Below, in pieces: positions 1 through 12,420 of a DNA stretch of 64,000 nucleotides. Location: the NCBI RefSeq assembly GCF_004010195.1, contig NC_057718.1:64021110-64085109 (forward strand), given 5' to 3'. The notes below the pieces were generated by a model. That model ran no database searches and was not told the DNA's origin. It saw only the letters and a list, made by a program, of their open reading frames with translations. Origin of the DNA: Chiloscyllium plagiosum. Its lineage: Eukaryota. Position 1 is the first letter of the stretch. Every line of letters starts with the position of its first letter. The translations under genes and the position numbers were made by a program.

Positions 1-650
1 GACCAGAACTGGACGCAGTATTCCAAGTGCGGTCTAACCAAAGTTTTATAGAGCTGCATAAGATCTCATGGCTCTTAAACTCAATACCCCTGTTAATGAA
101 AGCCAAAACACCATATGCTTTCTTAACAACCCTGTCCACTTGGGTGGCCATTTTAAGGGATCTATGTACCTGCACCCCAAGATCCCTCTGTTCTTCCACA
201 CTGCCAAGAATCCTATCCTTAATCCTGTACTCAGCTTTCAAATTTGACATTCCAAAATGCATCACCTCACATTTATCCAGGTTGAACTCCATCTGCCACC
301 TCTCAGCCCATCTCTGCATCCTGTCAATGTCCGGCTGCAGCCTACAACAGCCCTTCTATACTGTCAATGACACCTCCAACCTTTGTGTCATCTGCAAACT
401 TGCTGACCCATCCTTCAATCCCCTCATCCAAGTCATTAATAAGAATTACAAATGGTAGAGGCCCAAGGACAGAGCCCTGTGGAACACGACTCACCACAGA
501 CTTCCAGGCAGAATATTTTCCTTCTACTACCACTCGCTGTCTTCTGTTGGCCAGCCAATTCTGTTTCCAGACAGCCAGGTTCCCCTGTATCCCATTCCTC
601 CTGACCTTCTGAATGAGCCTACCATGGGGAACCTTATCAAATGCCTTGCT
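1..650 (-). mobile_element. CR1-type LINE ORF2 (RT) fragment
   Basis: VPQGSVLGPLPFVILINDLDEGIEGWVSKFADDTKVG RT motifs. Confidence 0.9.
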
Positions 651-659
651 GAAGTATTC

Positions 660-1255
660 TTGCTTCTGTTCTCAACTGTACCAGTCTCAGATTGATCTCT
701 TTCCTCACTATCTCCCTGGGTCCCACCCCCCCACCTTACTAGTTTAAACCCTCCCAAGTAGCTCTAGTAAATCTCCCTGCCAGTATACTAGTCCCCTTCC
801 AATTTAGGTGCAATCCGTCCTTCTTGTACAGGTCACTTCTACCGCAAGAAAGATTCCAATGATCCAAAAATGTGAATCCTTCCCCCATACACTAGCTCCT
901 CAGCCATGCATTCATCTGCTCTATCCTCCTATTCCTGTCCTCACTAGCTCATAGCACTGGGAGTAATCCAGATATTACTACTCTCGAGGACCTCCTTTTT
1001 AAATTTCTGCCTAACTTTCTGTAATCTCCCTTCAGAGTCTCAACCATTTCCTGTCCAATGTCGTTGGTTCCAATGTGGACAATGACCTCTTGCTGGCCCC
1101 TCTCCCCCTTGAGAACATTCTGCACCCTCTCCGAGACATCCTTGATCCTGGCACCAGGGAAGCAACACACCATTCTGATTTTTCGCTGCTAGCCACAGGA
1201 ATGTCTATCTGTACCTCAGACTAGAGAATTCCCAAACACAATTGATCTCTTGGAA
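660..1255 (-). mobile_element. CR1-type LINE ORF1 (SGNH esterase-like) fragment
   Basis: VCCFPGARIKDVSERVQNVLKGERGQQEVIVHIGTNDIG is typical of the CR1 ORF1 esterase. Confidence 0.85.
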
Positions 1256-1444
1256 GCCTCCTGTTCGTTAATTTTCCCAGATGCCCTCTGATGTCCAGCT
1301 TTACATGAATTCAAACAGCAAAGGTAATAACAGTGCAGGTTCACTGCTGTGTCAGTTTCTTGCTCTCTCTCTCTCTCCTGCACTGACCTCAGCATCTGCT
1401 TCTTTTGTCTGCACTTCTCCCTTTTAAAACTGCTGTTGTTTCTT

Positions 1445-1700
1445 CCAGAGGCAGTTGAGAGTAATCACATTGCTGTGGATCTGGAGTCACATGTCGGCCA
1501 GACCCATAAGGCCTGTTTACCTTCCATAAATGACATTAGTGAACCAGATGGGATTTTCCAACAATCAGCATCAGTTTCGTTATCATAATTAAACTCTTAA
1601 ATCCTCAATTTTTTTCATTATTGAATTCAAATTCCACCTTCTGCCATGTCAGGATTTGAAAACCCAGGTCCCTAGAATATTACCTGGGTCTCTGGATAAC
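1445..1700 (-). mobile_element. Shark SINE-like repeat fragment (unnamed family; other copies ~20630-20870 and ~41020-41290)
   Basis: Shared core ctggagtcacatgtaggccagacc...ccttccctaaaggacattagtgaaccaga found at several places in the window. Confidence 0.6.
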
Positions 1701-1831
1701 TCAATAGTTCTACCATTGAGATATCAAATTCAGGCTTCCCTCCTTTTAGTTCTAAATGCATGGCAATCACTTTAAGCAGCTCATCCTTACACAATCCTGT
1801 TTTGATTCTATCTTCACCTCATTCTTTTAAT

Positions 1832-2140
1832 GCAGCACAGTGGCTCAGTGGTTAGCACTGCTGCCTCACAGCAGCAGGGACCTGGATTCAATTCCTGCTT
1901 CGGGCAACTGTCTGTGTAGAGTTTGCACATTCTCCCCATGTCTGCGTGGGTTTCCTCTGGGTGATCTGGTTTCCTCCCACAGTCCAAAGATGTGCAGGTT
2001 AGGTGAATTGGTCAAGCTAAATTGCCCACAATGTTAGGGGTAAATGTCAGGGAATGTGTCTGGGTGGGTTGCTCTTCGGAGGGTTGGTGTGGACTTGTTG
2101 GGCTGAAGGGCCTGCTTCCACACTGTAGGGATTCTAATCT
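1832..2140 (+). mobile_element. tRNA-derived SINE (HE1-like)
   Basis: A-box TGGCTCAGTGG, B-box-like GATTCAATTCC, body ending gggcctgcttccacactgta + (atcta) tail; five further copies in the window. Confidence 0.85.
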
Positions 2141-3529
2141 AATTTTAAATAATTCACAATTATGTATTCTACTCTCAGAAAAATCTTATCAATAGCAAGA
2201 TCATTTTGAAATTGAAATTTTTCAATATATTTCACAACTCCTGTTTTATGCTCAGTATATGTATGTTTCTTGAGAAGATTCACATATCCCTATTAAGTTT
2301 AGAGAGTCTCTATTCTGGGTGAATTATTACTTTGTTATGATTCTAGCTGGATATGTCAGATCCCCCGGAGTAAAACTTGACTTGATAGATCGTCAGTCTT
2401 AGCTTTGCAATTTGGCCCATGGGAGTCCATCACTGAATAAACTTACACAATGCTGTCAATGTACTTTTAATAAAAGAGCTTAAGTTTATTACCAAAAAAA
2501 GAAAAAAAACTATAGATGTGCAAGACAATTTGAGAGAATCTTATCATTAAATAATCATTTAACCTTTTTTTCCCATCAATATCCTTTATGGACACTCAAC
2601 CCCATTGAGGGATCACTCTTACCTTCACACTTTAATTTCTTACTCTTTGGATGAAATCATAAGAATTTCCTTTGGGTGACCTTGTGCACATTCACTAGAT
2701 ATGATTCTCTCTGTCTTTCACAGAAGCAGGCTAACTCACTGAATTTTCTTGCTGAACTCTTCAGGAAAAAACTTATGGTTTTTCCAGTTATTTGTACTAC
2801 TTTGAGGCTGCTAGACAGTATATCTGCTGCTCTGGAATCTTTTCTTTTGAACCACACCTCTGAGTCCTTCTCTAAGTCGTAAAAGCTCAACTTCATATAC
2901 ATTTTAACAATTATCCCACCAAGTCTTTTCTCTGGCTGCTTGGCTTAAGTCACATGATTAAATGTAACTGCCTCGTTTGACTAAATACGTAAAAATGAGA
3001 TTCTAACCATTTAGGAAAGCAAGTCATCATCACAGAACTGAAAACCAAAAATTATTTAACTCTGCTTTAGAACCCAAATAATAATAATAAACTCGAATCA
3101 AAATCTGAAAGTCTTTTCAGTAATGGACTGGTGAAATGCAGTAGAAAGTTTTAAACGGTCAAACCAACTCTAAGTTGACAATGACCCTGGTAGGGTGATT
3201 CATGCAAGTGAAATCACTTTAGTCATTTGAAAGGTATAGCCTTGATGAAGGCCTTCCTCCTTTCAAATAAACCATTCAATTCCATTAAAAATGAAATAAT
3301 TGTAACACAGTAGCACTATTATATGAATCAGAGCTATCTGGCTTTTATCCCTTAGACCAACTGATGGGGATTACTGCTTCCAAACATCTGAAGTGAATTC
3401 TGTGTATGAAATGCCTGACGATTGTCAATTTGCAGTTGAGCAGCAAAAGAAACCTATGCAGCATTTCAGCAGTCACCTACATACCCTTTTCATTGAGCCA
3501 GAGGACTCATAGGAAAGTGAATCTTTGGC

Positions 3530-4740
3530 CTTTGATGCTAGTTGTCAAACATCTATCTATAGTAATCCTATTTTCAGCAGTCAGCCATAACCTTGAATCC
3601 TATCGTGTTTAAGTACTCATCTAGATCATTCTTAAATAGCTTAGTGGTTCCAGCATTTACTACCCTTTTAGGCAGAGAGTCCCATACACCCACCACCCTC
3701 TGGGTGAAAAAAACTTTCTTCAAATCCCTTTTAAAACATCTACTCCTTATTTTAAAACTGTGTCCCTTTGTTATCGACACCTCTTACAATGGGAAACGTT
3801 TCTCCCTATTTATCCTTTTCATGTCCCTCAGAATATTGCGCACCTGAAACATCTTCCCCTCCACCACTCTGCTCTAAAATAAACAACCCCAGCCTATCTA
3901 GTCTCTCCTCATAGCTGAATTGTTCCAGTCCAGGAACATCCTGGTGAATTTCTTCTGTACCCTCTCTAGTGCACTCACATCCTTCCTATAGTCTGGTGAC
4001 CAATACTGGAAACAGTTCTCCTGTTGTGGCCTAACTAATGTTATACACAGCTCCATCATCACCTCCTTGCTCTTATATTCAATTATTTGTCTAACAAAGT
4101 CAAGTATTCCATTATGCCTTCCTAGCCAACTTATCCACTGTCCTGTTGCCTTTAAGGATCTGTGGACGTGCATAATATCTAATTATCTGTACTGTTCATC
4201 ATGTATTCCCTTGCCTTGTTAGTCCTCCCAAAGTGCATTATTCACACTTTCAGGATGAAGTTTCATTTTGCTACTGTTCAGTCCATCTATATTGTCCTGT
4301 AATCAAAGGCTTTCCTCCTCACTATTGACTACACCAGTGATTTTCGTGTTGTCTGCGTACTTACCGATCATGCCTCCTACATTCATGTCCATAGCATTAG
4401 TGTACACAACAAATACCAAGGGGCTCAGCACTGAACTCTATAGTATTCCACTGGACACAGGCCTTTGGTCACAAAAACAACCTTCAATTATCACTCTCTG
4501 TTTCCTGCAACTGAGCCAATTTTGGATTCAATTTGCCAAATTGCCCGAGATCCCAGGATCCAGCTTGTAAACCAGTCTGCCATACAAGACCTTGTCAAAA
4601 GCCTTATTGAAGTCCATGTAGATTATATCAACTGCACAACCCTCAACGACATGCCTAGGCATCACCTTGAAGAATTCAATCAAAGTTGTTAGACATGCTG
4701 CCCTCCTGTCAAAACCATGCTGATTCTTCTTGATTAATCT
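3530..4740 (-). mobile_element. Degraded CR1-type LINE 3' part
   Basis: TKGHSFKIRSRCFKRDLKKVFFTQRVVGVWDSLP and LVRPQQE...WSPDYRKDVSALERVQKKFTRM. Confidence 0.85.
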
Positions 4741-4959
4741 TCATGAGTACCTGCTGTGGCATTTATGGCCATCACATTTATGTTTCTTGCATGTCTTTGG
4801 ATTTGCCATTGACAATTTCGCTTTTCATTAATGCAGTTATCATAAACTTTGCTGATACTCCAAATCTGTTCCATCACCATTTCTTCATACTTGTTTTTAG
4901 AATAACTCATTTGTCTTTACTAAACATTATTGTTGCCAGTTCTACAGAAGTGTAGAATA

Positions 4960-5188
4960 TAGGTTGTTCTGCTATAGCATGCATTTTGTCAGCGCGAATT
5001 GGTTATAATGCAATTGACGAATTGGAGACATTGTTTAGATAATGCAACCTTTCTACTGAATGTATATAGCGATTTTCTATTAGTGATCTTCTATAGCACA
5101 ATTGTCTGTAGCAGCTTTCCATAGCGCAATATATTATAGCGTGAGTTTGCAGAGGAACACGACCGTCACATTATAATAGAACGACCTG
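4960..5188. mobile_element. Tigger/pogo-like MITE
   Basis: Imperfect terminal inverted repeats (TAGGTTGTTCTGCTATA ... TATAATAGAACGACCTG) flanked by TA on both sides; internal ctatagc repeats. Confidence 0.65.
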
Positions 5189-5779
5189 TAGAAATATTTC
5201 TCTCTTTATTCCTTACCTTGGATCCATGACCATGAGGTTATGAAGGGCACGGACCATTGGAAAGCTTTCAATAGGAAGTGGCAGTATCTTCTGCCATGTT
5301 TTACAAGTTTCACTCCTCTCATTAATGAATTTTTTAACCCTGTATACCTTTTATCAAACACAACGACTTCATTTAGCAGGGGTTTTAATCTTTGAGAAGT
5401 GGGATGAGCACATTGAACATGAACTTTAGGACAATATGCTTTTGTCTTTTGGTTATTCTTAGTCTCTGGTATCATTAATCTTTGTCCAACACTCAGGTTT
5501 TATTAAGGAATCCAATATTGTTCTTACTGGCTAAATCACCAAAGGCAGCTGCATGCCCAAGTATTCAGAGGCAGAAATGGCAGAGCAAGGTAAGGATATG
5601 GTGCCAGCATTAATTGCAATGAGTTGTTTTGACAGCAGATGTGGGACTTCAGTTGTCAAATATTTTAAGTAAGATTCTGTACAATGGTTGTCATGAAGAC
5701 AATATATTCATTTCAATATTATTGAATAGTATTGTGGGATGATGCAGACTTTTACAAAATGTGTGAGTGGAATAAGTTT

Positions 5780-6590
5780 ACAGAGGATATTATCAAGCTG
5801 GAGAGGGTTCAGAAGAGATTTACCAGTATGTTGCCAGGTATGGAAGGCTTGAGTTACAGAGAAAGGTGGGATGAGCTGGGACCTATTTCACTGGAGCATG
5901 AGAGGTTGAGAGGCTACCTGACAGAAGTTTATAAAATAATGTGGGGTATAAATAGAGTTAATGGCAGTTGTCTTTTCCCGAGTAAGGGGGGATTTCAAGA
6001 CTACGGAGCACATTTAAGGTGAGAGGAGAGAAATTTTTTTTAAATGAGAGGCAAATGTTTTACAAAGAGGATGGCGTACAAAATGAGCTTCCTGAGGAGG
6101 TGGTAGGTGCAGATACAATTAGAATGTTTAAAAGACAGTTGGATGGATACATGAGTAGGAAAGGTTTGACAGGCAGGTGGGAATAGTTTAGAGTCATAGA
6201 GATATACAGCACGGAAACACATCCTTCAGTCCAACTCGTCCATGCCGACCAGTTATCCTAACCTAATCTAGTCCCATTTGCCAGCACTTGGCCCACATTC
6301 CGCTGAATCGTTCTTATTCGTATACCTATCCAGATGCCTTTTAAATGATGTATTTGTACCAGCCTCTACCACATCCTCTGGCAGCTCATTCCATACACGT
6401 ACCACCCTCTGTATGAAGAAGTTGCCCTTTGGGTCCCTTTTATATCTTGCCCCTCTCACCCTAAACCTATGCCCCCTATTTCTGGACTCCCCCACACTGG
6501 GCAAAAGACTTTGTCTATTTATCCTATCTATGCCCCTCATGATTTTATAAACCTAGTTTGGGATTCCATGCTGTATGACTCTATGACTAT
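5780..6590. mobile_element. CR1 LINE 3' end (+) interrupted by a second CR1 3' end (-, ~6190-6553)
   Basis: LERVQKRFTSMLPGMEGLSYRER on +; RGHRFRVRGARYKRDPKGNFFIQRVVRVWNELP on -; (ctatgact)n tails. Confidence 0.85.
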
Positions 6591-7174
6591 GTCCTAAAGG
6601 ACTGGTATCTTTCAATGTAACGCTTTGTCCTGAGTGTGGAGTTCTTTGATTGAATTGATTTTATTTTTCTGGCAGAATAACTATAATGTTTATTTAAAGA
6701 GAGAATAGAAAAAACATTTAGCTGTTTTTAATTGTGTTTATCGGTTTAAGAGTATTTGCATATCTGTGTGCATTGGAGAGTATGTGTGCATATATACCTG
6801 AGTGTGTGTTTATATATGTGAGAATATGAGATCTTCCAAACTTCAGCAGCGCTGCATCTGTGCGTGGACCTGAACAATAACATCTTAAGATTTTTGGTGA
6901 AACTAACTGTAAGCACCTTATTACTTTAAAGGCAGTATATAATACAAGTTGTTGGAAATGTACTAAAATTTGCACAAGTGGTATCACTGAGTGATGTTTC
7001 AACACTTCTTCTCTCAGCTTGATGTGTTATTGTTAAACTACAATAAAACAACAGGAACAGAAACTGTGGCCCTTGTGTTTTATGATCCTGACTAAACTTT
7101 CTGATTTGAAATCATCTTCCAGAACCTGCCTCTTCATCATTCCGAGACATCAGTCAGTCAGGTTTTATTGACTG

Positions 7175-7347
7175 TCAAGATTAGAGTGGTGCTGGAAAAG
7201 CACAGCAGGTCAGGCAGCATCCGAGGGCTTTTGCCCAAAACATTGATTTTTTCCTCCTCCTTGGATGCTGCCTGACCTGCTGTGCTTTTCCAGCACCACT
7301 CTAATCTTGACTCTGATCTCCAGCATCTGCAGTACCGACTTCTGCCT
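7175..7347 (+). mobile_element. Penelope-derived fold-back mini-element (family A)
   Basis: ~50-bp inverted arms; 15-bp TSD AGGTTTTATTGACTG at 7160-7174 and 7348-7362. Confidence 0.8.
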
Positions 7348-9964
7348 AGGTTTTATTGACTGGTAATTTTAACAGCAGCTTTAGCGCACACAAAAATACA
7401 TTTTTAAAACAATATTTAAGACTCATTGGATTAAAGATAGAGAAACATAGGGACTGTTAGGGAATATCAGGGAAATTCTGCTGGCTTTGAGCAGTTAGGT
7501 TTGAGTATGCATTAGAATTCACTTCACAACACATGTAGAAAATACAACTTTTGTTTTGTAAAATCCTAAGAATGGAATTTGGTTATTCACATCCCAGTGG
7601 CTGGCAGTGGATTGAGAACCTCATCTTAGTAAATGCTCTGATGTGCCGGGTCAACTCATCTCACAATACTAGCCTCCTGCTTTCATGTTTTCTGACCAAA
7701 AAATAAAGTCCATCAGTGGAAGACTCTGTATTTAAACTTCAGAATATCTGCAACTCATATTTTTTTCTGAATGCAGTAGGAGGAAGAATTATTACAGGAG
7801 GACATTGGAAAGCCATCCTCTAATTCTCTATTTTGCTCCTGGAGCTAATGCTAGCGATGGTGTGGGCTAGAAGTCATGCTTCCTGTCAGAACGAAGGGAT
7901 TAATCCAAACAGGCTTACTGGAGTTCTCAGGGAAGGGAGCAGCAAAAGTGTGAGTAGAGCGCTTCAAGAGCTTTAATGACCTAATAAGGCAGGACAAGTG
8001 AGTGCCACAATGTTTTCACGTGTCAACTTTACATATGAGCCTTTCCCATTGGCAGGGTAGCAGCTATTCAGTCTCTCTGTTTAAAGGCTTTCACTGATCA
8101 ATGACTCCAAACAATACTGTCACCTTGATCCAGGTGAGTTCCACAAAGCTTGGAAAACCCATGCTCTAACTATTAAAGATAAATTCTTGTGTTAAAAACC
8201 CCAATTAGGTGGCTGATTAAATAATTAATTCATTAGTCTAACAGCTTCATGGGAATTTCTAAAGCATTAAGCTAAGACCTGAATGTGGATGGGATCATGT
8301 TGGGTTTCTGGCCCCTTTGGAACATCAAAAATAGCAGGATATCAAAATCCCGCCTGGCCCAGAAAACACATCCCTCACACACAGAATCTTGTCATTTAAA
8401 ATGTTGCCCCATGAGTTCAAATCCTACCAAAACAGTTTGAGAATTTTAATTTTGTTTTTTCTTCTTAAATTGAAAAACAAAAGGCCAGAATGATTAAAGG
8501 TGACTATGAAGTTATTAGTCTGCCTGAAGGAAAAACTAGCTGGTTTACTGAAGTCCCCAATCTGGCCTCAAAGTGCCTTTAGTTTCACAACAAAAATCTT
8601 TATTGCCTTCTGAAGTCAACGAGCCAGTCAATTCTATTCAAAAGGACCTGCTCAGAGGTGGATTAATGTTAGCCTGACCAGCAATGCCCACTTTTCAAAG
8701 ATTAACATGAGGGGAAAATGTCAGCACTCTATTAACCAATAACTGCTTACTTGGGTGAGCGCGGGAAAAGAATATGATCTCCAGCCGTTGATATTGAACT
8801 TTTGGGCCATTTGTAGCTCTCAGCATTTTTGAGTTCAAAGTTTCACAGTTAAGTTGCATGGTCCATGGAAAATGTTTCAACTGACTGAACAATTCCTGTC
8901 TGCTCCTCGACAAGATTGACAATCCCTTTTTGTAAACCCCACAAAGTCATTTGCCCTTCCTCTCAGAATCAATGTGCCCTGGCCAAGAGAAAGATTTCAT
9001 ACTCTGTTGTTGATAGTTCCACAATTAGATGGAATTGGCCATTGCAGAAAAGCAGTCAGAGAAAAGAAAGACAGATTCTAACTTGACTGATAAACATTTA
9101 AAAACAATTAGGTCCTTTCAACTAGAAATAAAGCAAAACTGAAAAACTGCCCTCAGCAAATCTCACAGGCATTTGTTGTAACTGGTTGTCTGTAGTGAGT
9201 ATAATGGCTCTCGTTCTGCAGCAAACACTGAGCTGCAGTTCTGATTTACTTGACTAAAACCTTGTAAGTACCAATTAGTCCATTGATGCTCAAAAAGTGA
9301 CTTAGTTCTAGCCTGTTGAGTTTGTTGCTGCAACCCTGGCTGACATACTATTGCCTATGAATGCCTACCCTTCTGGGTAGTTCATAATGAGGCCTCTTTT
9401 TTTTTCTTCTTACATCAGACATTCCTCCATGTAGGACATACTGGGCAGTGCAATGATATTTCTGTTGTTTCTTAACCCTAACCTAACAGATTACTTTCCC
9501 ACTGGTTATATAGCCTTAATCAACTTTAAACATTATACTAGTTTGAAAAGTTGGCTGGAACTAAGGAAGATCCGCCTCAGCCTCAAATAATAGTAATTCT
9601 ATACGCAAATAGTTTCTCCATTAAGAGTAGTACTTTCAGCAGCAGTTTGGTTCAGATTCTAGAAAAATAAATCTGCCACAGAGTCAAGGTGGATTTGGTA
9701 TTCTGTTGCCATGTGCAGCATCTTAAAAATAAGGTTATATTAAGCAGTGTGCAGCATACAATCAGTATCTCTGAGCAAGGCATGTAGTCAGTCTTGTCAA
9801 GGAGTGGTAATCTCACATAGATTGTCACTCTTTGCCTTCTAATTTGTTAAAGAAGGAAGGTCCTCTTTTCAAAGAGGAGTTTCCCATCAGGCTTTGTCAG
9901 AAATGTGGAATTGTACTTCAGTTTGTAGCTTAGAACTGTCAGCGCAAGGCAAACCATACTTTCT

Positions 9965-10158
9965 TTTGGATCAGTGGTGCTGGAAGAGCACAGCAATTCA
10001 GGCAGCATCTGACGAGCAGCAAAATCAACGTTTCGGGCAAAAGCCCTTCATCAGGAATAAAGGCAGAGAGCCTGAAGCGTGGAGAGATAAGCTAGAGGGT
10101 GGGGGGGGGGAGAAAGTAGCATAGAGTACAATAGGTGAGTGGGGGAGGAGATGAAGTG
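9965..10158 (-). mobile_element. Penelope pLTR fragment (family A) with intact hammerhead core
   Basis: 14-bp TSD AAACCATACTTTCT (9951-64, 10159-72); minus strand ATTC CTGATGA A GGGC TTTT GCCC GAAA CGTT GATT. Confidence 0.8.
10023..10058 (-). ncRNA. Minimal hammerhead ribozyme motif (PLE-type)
   Basis: CUGAUGA, 4-bp helix II GGGC/GCCC, GAAA, palindromic ACGU in place of helix III, GUU cleavage triplet. Confidence 0.6.
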
Positions 10159-10829
10159 AAACCATACTTTCTGTCCAGCAGATAGCTGGCCTAGTCTAAC
10201 ATTTATTGGACCAGACAACTACTCTGACAGCTGCTGTCAACGGTGTATACATAAAGTACGTGCAAAGACTGGGTGCCAGATGGGTAGGGTGACAGGTGGG
10301 TAGAGTGGCAGCAGACTAAGGGCTAGGAAACCAGGGGTAGAATGCCAAGTGGAAAGACGTATGGTACAAGATGGCAAGGGTGGCAGGTAAGTGATGCAGT
10401 ATTCAGGGTGGGTTGGGCGGGTAGGAAGAGGAAGGGTCTGGTTCAGGCAGCAGGAGACGGATAGGGAGGAGGGAGTTGGGAGGTGGGAGGAGGGAGTGTG
10501 TCTAGTGGCTAGAGAAAGATTATTGATTGTAGAGTGGGGAAAGGGGGTTGAGTGTGGAGAGGAGGAAGGAGGGAGTGTCTCCAATGGCAGGTGAATGAGG
10601 GTTTGGGGGCAGACTGGGGAAATAGGTTTTGCGTGCAGAGCAGGGGAAGGAAGAGAATGTTCTGAGAAGTGAATTGTGGTGGGTTGGGTCAGTCCCACTG
10701 GATCTGGCAGTAGGGCAGGGAAGATCTGGTCAGAGTCTAGGGGCTGTAAGGGATCTGATAGAACGGTAGTTGTGTGTGTATGAGCTACATATAGGGTGGG
10801 TTGAATTGTTTCTCAGGAGCTTGGAGATA

Positions 10830-11230
10830 GTGAGAACTGCAGATGATGGAGAGTGAGAGTGGATAAAGAGTGGAGTTAGAAAAAACACAGGTCAAGCAGC
10901 ATCAAAGGAGAAGGGGAGTCGACATTTCAGAACAGAACCTTTCATCAGGACTTGGGGAGGGGAAGGGGGCAGTGAAATAAATTGGGGGCTGGGGCTAAGG
11001 GAAAGGGGTGTGGGATGGTAATAGGTGGATGCAGGTAAGAGGTGGCTGTGATTGGTCAGTTGTAAGGCTGGGAAGGAAGATGGACAGGTAGGGTCAGGTT
11101 GAGGGTGGAGTGGGGTGGTGAGGAAGTCTGAGCCTGGGATGAGGTGGAGGGGTGGGAGATTTGGAAGCTGGTAAATTCTATGTTAAGGCTGCATGGTTGT
11201 AAGCTCCCAAGGCAGAAGATGAAGTGTACT
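10830..11230 (-). mobile_element. Older Penelope-like 3' fragment
   Basis: Similar to the 3' end and pLTR of the copies at 22467-23648 and 60900-61326. Confidence 0.7.
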
Positions 11231-11799
11231 CAGGTGTTAGACTGTGCATTTAATAGTGTAATGTTTCCTGAGTAACTAGTTTCTTAATTTATTTGGGACC
11301 ATCTAAATTGTCCAATTTAAATGAAGACTTTCACTAGGTTCCAGATGTACAGGAATCACCCAGCAGAATTTATAATTTCCTAGGCAATTCCTTCAGATGC
11401 TTGGATGGGAATTCCGCGGGGTCCCCATGCACACCTCCCATCTACACTAAAAGAAAAACTACCTGGCCATTGGAAAATCTGGATCTTAATTATTTAACAG
11501 ACAGCTCAATCCATGCACTGGGAACCCAATGACAATATTCCAATATTTACTCTGTGCTCCCTCTGCTGTCAGAATGAAATGTGTTGGAGCACTGCTCATC
11601 TACAATCCTGGGTAAGTGTGGGATTAGACAGTGTGCTGTATTAAAGTGACAGATGATAAGAACACAGGATCATTGGAACATCCAAACCTCAAGTCTGTTA
11701 TGTCATTCAGTTAGATCATGTTTGATCAGTGCCTCAATTCCTTGTACTGGCCTTTTCTTCTTGTCACTTTATACGCTGACTAAATGAAGAAAAAGCTAT

Positions 11800-12125
11800 C
11801 AAGGGTTCAGAAAAGATTTACAAGGATGTTGCCAGGGTTGGAGGATTTGAGCTGTAGGGAGAGGTTGAATAGGCTGAAACTGTTTTCCCTGGAGCGCAGA
11901 GGTTGAGGGGTGACCTTATAGAGGTTTACAAAATCATGAGGGGCATGGATAGGATAAATAGACAAAGTCGGCATTTGGATGGGTATATGAATAGGAAGGG
12001 TTTGGAGGGATATGGGCTAGATGCTGGTAGGTGGGACTAGATTGGGTTGCGATATCTGGTCGGCAAGGATGAGTTGGACGGAAAGGTCTATTTCCATGCT
12101 GTACATCCCTATGACTCTATGACTA
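11800..12125 (+). mobile_element. CR1 LINE 3' end
   Basis: agggttcagaaaagatttacaaggatgttgccaggg... ending in a ctatgactctatgact tail. Confidence 0.85.
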
Positions 12126-12177
12126 ATTTAAATATTTCATTTCTAGCATTCTAGGGGATGTTGGAGTGCACCTCTCG

Positions 12178-12420
12178 GTCACCAACCTGCTGTGGTGGGG
12201 AGGCTTGTGTGTACCTTGGAATCCAAGAGGTAAACAGTCTACAACATAGCTCTTGGCAGGCTCATTCATGACAGTAAGGTCAAGGTGGAGGGTCCAGATG
12301 AAGCACAATCCATAAAGACCTCAACAGCAGAGCAGGCAGAGGATGATAGCTGAAGTTTAATTAGAGCATCACAATGGTTGCGAGTACTGTAACAGAGAAG
12401 GCCACCAGTCTCCATGCCGC
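12178..12420 (+). mobile_element. Probable RTE-clade LINE 5' UTR fragment
   Basis: Recalled resemblance to RTE 5' ends (gtggtggg.aggcttgtgtgt.cc...gtaaggtcaagg.ggagggtccagat...aagacctcaac); not searched. Confidence 0.4.

Noticed and set aside
2340..3130. Possible solo LTRs here and at ~6600-7050, ~15720-16350 and ~27080-27520
   Set aside because: Composition is suggestive, but I could not define TG...CA termini or TSDs.
7175..7310. Fold-back hairpins as miRNA genes or DNA-transposon MITEs
   Set aside because: The arms are Penelope pLTR sequence, junctions vary per copy, and 12-17-bp TSDs do not fit Tc1, hAT or PIF MITEs.
10237..10830. 153-aa Pro/Ser-rich ORF
   Set aside because: Reverse complement of a low-complexity purine/G-rich tract; no gene structure.
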